Shown here in pieces: positions 17,643-22,220 of a DNA stretch of 22,220 bases. The translations under genes and the position numbers were made by a program. The stretch covers positions 1-22,220 of the forward strand of contig JBDRWW010000015.1 in the NCBI GenBank assembly GCA_039802605.1, written 5' to 3'. The notes below the pieces were generated by a model. That model ran no database searches, had not been told where the DNA came from, and saw only the letters and a program-made list of their open reading frames with translations. Position 1 is the stretch's first letter. Each line of letters begins with the position of its first letter. The DNA comes from a candidate division WOR-3 bacterium (lineage in GTDB: Bacteria > Hydrothermota > Hydrothermia > LBFQ01).

Positions 17643-18095
17643 TTAAGCCTGTAAGTTGAAATTCGGAGGAAAATCCAAAGCCATGCGACCCCCAAAAGAG
17701 TTTATGATTATGTTGGCATAGTTTAACACTATATTTGCCGACACGCTGAGGATTCTCTCCAATTCTTCCTCTGTTAAATCGTTATCCGTGATTGAATGTT
17801 TGTATATTACCGTATCGCCAAAAAATCCAAAACCTCCTAATGGGATTTGAAGGTTTGAGTTTAATAGGTACAGGAGTAGATTTGGTATGGGTTTTAAACC
17901 CACCACAACGGGGGCGTTTATAACTATTGCATAAGGTAGATCGCTTATTTGAGTTGGTAAAATGTGGATGGTGAATACGGTATCATGCAATGGGAACTGA
18001 ACACCGAAGGATTTTCCATCATCAACCAAAACCATATATGGAAAACCTTTCTTTTTGAGGATGTCCAAAAGTATGTTTTTGAGGTTTTGTAGCAT
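17643..18095 (-). CDS. YbjN / type III secretion chaperone (CesT-like) family protein
   Basis: 150 aa; LLLYLLNSN...LGGFG pattern, LTEEELERIL helix and FGG tail are typical of this fold. Confidence 0.65.
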   Translation of the reverse strand: MLQNLKNILLDILKKKGFPYMVLVDDGKSFGVQFPLHDTVFTIHILPTQISDLPYAIVINAPVVVGLKPIPNLLLYLLNSNLQIPLGGFGFFGDTVIYKHSITDNDLTEEELERILSVSANIVLNYANIIINSFGGRMALDFPPNFNLQA

Positions 18096-18115
18096 AAGCG
18101 GTAAGTTTAAACCCG

Positions 18116-19225
18116 TTATACTTTATCGTAGGACGAATTTTCAACCGCCTTATTTACAACTTCCGCAAATTCCCTTTTAAACCTTTCCCTTCCAAACCTC
18201 AAAGAGTGCTCTCTTATCCTTTTCCTGTCAAATTTATCCTCAACCTTTAAAAATTCTTTTATCGCATCAATTACGGCATTGGGGGTTTGCTCGTAAAAAA
18301 ATAAACCCGTTTCTCCGTTTATGACCGTTTCGGATGTTCCACCATAACCGTAGGCTATAACCGGTAAGCCGGATGCCATAGCCTCAACGGGTGAAATGCC
18401 GAAATCTTCGTAGGCGGCATAAACAAAAGCCCTTGCGTTTGATAGGAGTTCTATTAAGGTTTTTTCTTCAACCCAACCCAAAACCTCAACATTTTTACCC
18501 GCAATCCTTTTAATCCTTCCCATCTCGGGACCATCCCCAACGACCAAAAACTTTAAACCCAACTCGTTAAAGGCTTCAACCAGCAAATCCACCTTCTTAT
18601 AAGGGACAAGCCTTGAAACCGTTATAAAGTAATCCCCATGATTTTCATTAACCCGGAACTTCTCCACATCAACGGGCGGATATATGACCACGGAATCCCT
18701 ACCGTAATACCTCTTAATCCTTTTGGCAACCGTTTTGGAGTCTGCTATAAATACATCCACACGGACGGAGGTTATATAATCCCATGTCCTTATATTGTGT
18801 AATAACGCGTGGGCTAATGGCCTTAAAGGTTTTGGAACCGAGTTTAAGTATTCGTATGTTAAATCCCAAGCATACCTTATGGGTGTATATGTATAACAGA
18901 TGTGTTTTTGATGGGGGAAAACTATAACACCCTTTGCAACCGCATGGTTTGACGAAATTATGAGGTCGTAATCGCCCAAATTAAACCATTCAACGGCAAG
19001 GGGCATTAAAGGTAAAAGCATCCTATAATATTTATACACCCCCGGTAAAAGGTTTAAGGGTGATGTTTCAATTTCGTATTCGGATATTTTGGAATTTTTA
19101 AAGTTTTCGGGTTTGTAAAACAGGGTATAAATTTTTTCCCCTTTTATCGTTTCAAGCATAGCCTCTAAAACCTTTTCCGCCCCGGCAAATGTTATAAGCC
19201 AATCGTGGATGTAAGCGACCTTCAT
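18116..19225 (-). CDS. Glycosyltransferase family 4 (GT-B)
   Basis: Start MKVAYIHDWL...GAEKVL at 19225 (ATGA overlap with the M56 gene). Motifs VIYPPVD, SRLVPYKKVD, EDFGISPVEAMASGLPVIA. Confidence 0.93.
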   Translation of the reverse strand: MKVAYIHDWLITFAGAEKVLEAMLETIKGEKIYTLFYKPENFKNSKISEYEIETSPLNLLPGVYKYYRMLLPLMPLAVEWFNLGDYDLIISSNHAVAKGVIVFPHQKHICYTYTPIRYAWDLTYEYLNSVPKPLRPLAHALLHNIRTWDYITSVRVDVFIADSKTVAKRIKRYYGRDSVVIYPPVDVEKFRVNENHGDYFITVSRLVPYKKVDLLVEAFNELGLKFLVVGDGPEMGRIKRIAGKNVEVLGWVEEKTLIELLSNARAFVYAAYEDFGISPVEAMASGLPVIAYGYGGTSETVINGETGLFFYEQTPNAVIDAIKEFLKVEDKFDRKRIREHSLRFGRERFKREFAEVVNKAVENSSYDKV

Positions 19226-20007
19226 CCGGGGCAATTTACGATCGCTATAAACACCATAACCGCCGTTGAAAATACGAACAAAACATAATTCCAAATGTCC
19301 GTTTTACGCCTTCCGTATTTAAGCGTTTCCAACCTCATCAGTATTTCATCGGATATTCCTATGCCGATATTGTGCGGGGAAATAGCATACTTTAAAGCCT
19401 TTATAAGGGTTTCCTTAGGATAGAATTTCAAGGTCTTATAATCGTTTGCGATCTCAATTTGTGCCTTTAAAAGGGTCAACTCCCGCTTTGACGGTAGGAA
19501 AAAGGAAAAAAGCAAAATTTTTAAATTGTCAAGGGATTTAATATGGTTTTTTTCGTGTAAAAGGATCAAATTCCTAATATCCTTTTCCAAATTTAAGACG
19601 CCTTCGGATATAAACATCAAAGGCTTTAAGACCCCAAGTGTAAAGGCCAAAGGCTTATCAACCTTTAAAATTATTATATTTTTAAACCTGCGGTGTGGAA
19701 GATTTAAGAGAGCCTTTCTGAGACCAACAATTTCGGAAATTTTTGTATAAACCTTGTAAATTGATACGGGAGTTATTACAAGGATTAAAAGGGTGGAAAG
19801 GCGAAAATCCCAATAATGAAACATGTGCATAATTTTATCCGGCACAAAACCCGCGTGTATTATGTGTATTAACCAAAGGGACAGTATCCCTATATAGGGC
19901 AAGAGAATTCCAAATAAAAACTGTTGAACAAATGTTCCAAAGGTCTTTTTGCGGAAGTATATCCTTATGGATAAAAGGACAAGCAATGCGAAAAACCCTA
20001 AACTCAT
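19222..20007 (-). CDS. BlaR1/M56-family membrane zinc metallopeptidase lacking a penicillin-sensor domain
   Basis: N-terminal TM helices, AFTLGVLKPLMFISEG, HEKNH zinc motif, EIAND; lies directly downstream of a blaI-like gene. Confidence 0.85.
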   Translation of the reverse strand: MSLGFFALLVLLSIRIYFRKKTFGTFVQQFLFGILLPYIGILSLWLIHIIHAGFVPDKIMHMFHYWDFRLSTLLILVITPVSIYKVYTKISEIVGLRKALLNLPHRRFKNIIILKVDKPLAFTLGVLKPLMFISEGVLNLEKDIRNLILLHEKNHIKSLDNLKILLFSFFLPSKRELTLLKAQIEIANDYKTLKFYPKETLIKALKYAISPHNIGIGISDEILMRLETLKYGRRKTDIWNYVLFVFSTAVMVFIAIVNCPG

Positions 20008-20366
20008 TCCTCCTTTCCCCTTAAAATCCTTAAAATCTCCTTAACATCTTCCTCGGATAGATTCGTGTTTTCTAAGAAAAAGAGGTATGCGGCGTTTGGA
20101 TTTTTATTCAAAACCTCTGTTAAGACTTCCTCCACCTTTTTCTTATAATAATCGTCCCTTGAAATCAAGGGCACATAAAACTTTACCTTACCCCTCAATT
20201 CCCCCTTTATCAACCCCTTTCTTTCAAGCTTTTGGAAAATGGTTAATATGGTGGTGTATGCGTAATCCTTGCTAAAATTTTTTTCCCAAACATCCCTTAC
20301 GGTGGTTTTACCCCCTTCTTGCCATATAGTTTCCATAACTTTTTCCTCTAATGGCCCAAGTTGCAT
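20004..20366 (-). CDS. BlaI/MecI/CopY family transcriptional repressor
   Basis: LGPLEEKVMETIW, TVRDV, AYTTILTIFQKLERKG and FYVPLISRDDY winged-helix signature. Confidence 0.93.
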   Translation of the reverse strand: MQLGPLEEKVMETIWQEGGKTTVRDVWEKNFSKDYAYTTILTIFQKLERKGLIKGELRGKVKFYVPLISRDDYYKKKVEEVLTEVLNKNPNAAYLFFLENTNLSEEDVKEILRILRGKEE

Positions 20367-20414
20367 GCGGATATTTTAAGGCGGAAAACAAACTTAGAAT
20401 TTACCGCTTGACAG
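20367..20414. promoter_or_regulatory. Back-to-back divergent promoters for blaI-like and trm1
   Basis: - strand TAAAAT (20378-20373) and + strand TAGAAT (20395-20400), inside an imperfect inverted repeat GCGGATATTTTAAG...CTTAGAATTTACCGC. Confidence 0.55.
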
Positions 20415-21443
20415 ATGAAAATATACACAAAGGTCTCCTTTTATAACCCAAAGGGTGAACTAGCGAGGAGGTTGGGGGTTTTGGGATTTTTATCGTCGGG
20501 ATACGAAAGGGTATTTGAATGTTTTGCGGGTGGGGGTGTTAGAACCGTCATGTACTCGTTATACGGTGGGGCAAAAGATATATGGGCAAATGAAGGGAAT
20601 AGAGGGGCATTTTGCGAATTGAGGATAAACCTTTTAATCAACGACATAAAAAATGTTAAAACCTTCCGTAGGGATATTTTTACCCTTTCCTTAGAATTGG
20701 CCAAGGATGGTTTATCTTTTGAGTTCGTTGATGTCGATCCATTTGGTTCCCCTTCTAAGTTTCTACCGTATGTATTCCTTTTATCAAAACCCGGTTCTAT
20801 GATTTATATAACCTCAACGGATATGCCCACTTTGGTGGGCAAAAGGGGGAAAGAATCCCTTAGGCTTTACGGCACATATATTCCGAGATTCCCATTTTAT
20901 CCGGAGGTTGGGTTGAGGGCGTTGATTTATAAGGTTTGGAATGTGGCATCTTCTTTTGATATGGGTGTTGAACCGATATTTTATCTATATGAGGGATATG
21001 CCTATAGGTTACTGGTAAAAGTTTTGAAAAAACCCAATGCGGAGAATATAGGATTTATACAAATGTGTAAGGTATGCGGATATTTTGGTGTTGATAGTTT
21101 GCCCAGGGGAATATGTGAGATGTGCGGGGGTGAGAATTTAATTTCCGGAAACATATGGATGGGAAAGATTAAGGATAACATATTCATATCAAAAATGCTA
21201 AACTTTGCGGAAAAGTTGGGATGGGATGACGCCGAAAAATTTTTGAAAAGACTTTTAGAAGAGCTGGATATTCCTTTATATTACGAACTGTCCTCTATGA
21301 AATTGAGGTTTACGCCAAAGGCTAAGGAATTGATAAAAAAGATAAAAGAACTGGGGTATTCCGCAAGTTTAACAACATTTTCGAACACGGGTATAAAAAC
21401 AAATATGCCCTTTAAGGAGTTTGTTGGGTTGTTAATTTCCTAA
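20415..21443 (+). CDS. trm1: tRNA (guanine26-N2)-dimethyltransferase Trm1
   Basis: FYNP, SAM motif ECFAGGGVR, VDVDPFGSP, YITSTD, EVGLRAL, Zn-finger CKVCG...CEMCG, GNIWMG and GIKTN. Confidence 0.88.
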   Translation: MKIYTKVSFYNPKGELARRLGVLGFLSSGYERVFECFAGGGVRTVMYSLYGGAKDIWANEGNRGAFCELRINLLINDIKNVKTFRRDIFTLSLELAKDGLSFEFVDVDPFGSPSKFLPYVFLLSKPGSMIYITSTDMPTLVGKRGKESLRLYGTYIPRFPFYPEVGLRALIYKVWNVASSFDMGVEPIFYLYEGYAYRLLVKVLKKPNAENIGFIQMCKVCGYFGVDSLPRGICEMCGGENLISGNIWMGKIKDNIFISKMLNFAEKLGWDDAEKFLKRLLEELDIPLYYELSSMKLRFTPKAKELIKKIKELGYSASLTTFSNTGIKTNMPFKEFVGLLIS

Positions 21444-21478
21444 ACTATTAGGCTTTTTCAAGTTTATAATTCTCGTTG

Positions 21479-22219
21479 ATGAGCGAGATACAGGAGATAT
21501 GGGAAATACTAAAAGAGGTGGGAAAAAGACTTGATGATGTTGGTAGAAGGCTTGACAGGTTGGCAAAGAGCCAAGAGGAAACGGATAAGATGTTAAAAGA
21601 AACGAGGAAATTGGTTGATAGTCTTGCAAAAAGGCAGGAGGAAACTGATAAAATGCTGAAAGAAACGGATAAAAAGATAAAAGAACTTGCAGAAAAACAT
21701 GCGGAAACCGAAGAGCAGATAAAGAAGTTAAGTATTCAAATAAGTAAAGTTTCCGAAGAGGTTAGAAACACAACCAAAGCGGTAGCAAATTTAAACGGCA
21801 TTTGGAAAGATTACACGGAAGATACAATAAGGGAGGGTTTGGAGTATGCATTGAAAGAGTTAGGGTTTGAGGGTTTTAGGGTTAGGGAGAATTTAAAGAG
21901 TAAAATGGACGGTGATAGTATGGAAATAGACGGGCTTGTTTTAGGCGACGATTATGTTATAGTTTTGGAGGTGAAAACCACATTAAGGGTTGATGATGTT
22001 GATGAGTTTGTTGAAGAGCTGGAAAAGAGGTTTTTAAAGTTTTTCCCCGAGTACAAAGGTTATAAGTTGTACGGTGCGGTTGCCGGGATGAAGTTCCACC
22101 AATTTGCGGATAGGTATGCCAACAAAAGGGGGCTTATCGTTTTAAAGCATAAAGACGGCAAGGATGTTAAGGTTTTAAACCCTAAGAACTTTAAGCCAAA
22201 GGACTTTTCAAGCGTATAA
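21479..22219 (+). CDS. Coiled-coil + PD-(D/E)XK nuclease-fold protein (DUF3782-like)
   Basis: N-terminal heptad repeats; C-terminal EIDGLV...VLEVKTTL...FFPEYKGYKLYGAVAG. Likely start ATG 21479, 8 nt after TATAAT. Confidence 0.8.
   Translation: MSEIQEIWEILKEVGKRLDDVGRRLDRLAKSQEETDKMLKETRKLVDSLAKRQEETDKMLKETDKKIKELAEKHAETEEQIKKLSIQISKVSEEVRNTTKAVANLNGIWKDYTEDTIREGLEYALKELGFEGFRVRENLKSKMDGDSMEIDGLVLGDDYVIVLEVKTTLRVDDVDEFVEELEKRFLKFFPEYKGYKLYGAVAGMKFHQFADRYANKRGLIVLKHKDGKDVKVLNPKNFKPKDFSSV
21560..21748 (+). repeat. Intragenic 63-nt (21-aa, three-heptad) tandem repeat, 3 units
   Basis: LAKSQEETDKMLKETRKLVDS / LAKRQEETDKMLKETDKKIKE / LAEKHAETEEQIKKLSIQISK, starting at 21560, 21623 and 21686. Confidence 0.8.
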
Positions 22220-22220
22220 T

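Noticed and set aside
17612..17695. ORF-track N-terminal extensions of ald (also GT4 19226-19294 and SBP 1696-1758)
   Set aside because: Family N-termini, the lipobox, ATGA coupling or -10 box position indicate downstream starts.
20408..20446. TTG 7 nt after TAGAAT opening a 12-codon ORF out of frame with trm1 (possible frameshift or uORF)
   Set aside because: The trm1 frame from ATG 20415 already contains the conserved FYNP motif, so no frameshift is needed.
860..21629. Numerous 60-150 aa alternative-frame and antisense ORFs (e.g. 6094-6507, 10442-10870, 16806-17264, 21432-21629)
   Set aside because: They lie within well-supported genes and show no recognisable motifs; they are shadow ORFs.
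21479..22219. PD-(D/E)XK protein as Cas4
   Set aside because: It has no cysteines for an Fe-S cluster, has a long coiled coil, and lies 21 kb from the array.
1..22220. tRNA/rRNA genes, IS elements, integrases or prophage genes
   Set aside because: None recognised; intergenic gaps outside the leader are under 80 bp and no transposase or integrase motifs appear.

Overview
Compact, gene-dense window from a diderm (lipid A-making) bacterium. The LpxC-FabZ fusion, a T9SS-type C-terminal domain, an archaeal-type Trm1 and a coiled-coil PD-(D/E)XK protein suggest an FCB-affiliated thermophile, possibly WOR-3-like; this is inference only. The left edge holds the leader end of a CRISPR array transcribed on the - strand (three identical 30-bp repeats, GTTATTAGCCTACCTATAAGGGGTTGAAAC). 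Its leader carries a near-consensus sigma70 promoter plus inverted and direct repeats. No cas genes are in view. The rest is a patchwork of housekeeping and accessory genes: ABC solute-binding lipoprotein, TPR lipoprotein-HNH-membrane protein, tnaA-mgtE, HD-tatD-CNNM, lpxC/fabZ, glcD-like oxidase, PAP2, a secreted beta-propeller-like protein, a V4R/H-NOX-like protein, ogg, ald, YbjN-like, blaI-M56-GT4, trm1 and a coiled-coil nuclease. The most striking non-gene signal is a TANNNT -10 hexamer only 6-9 nt upstream of the start codon in ten genes. This points to pervasive leaderless transcription and translation, while most other genes are coupled by stop/start overlaps.
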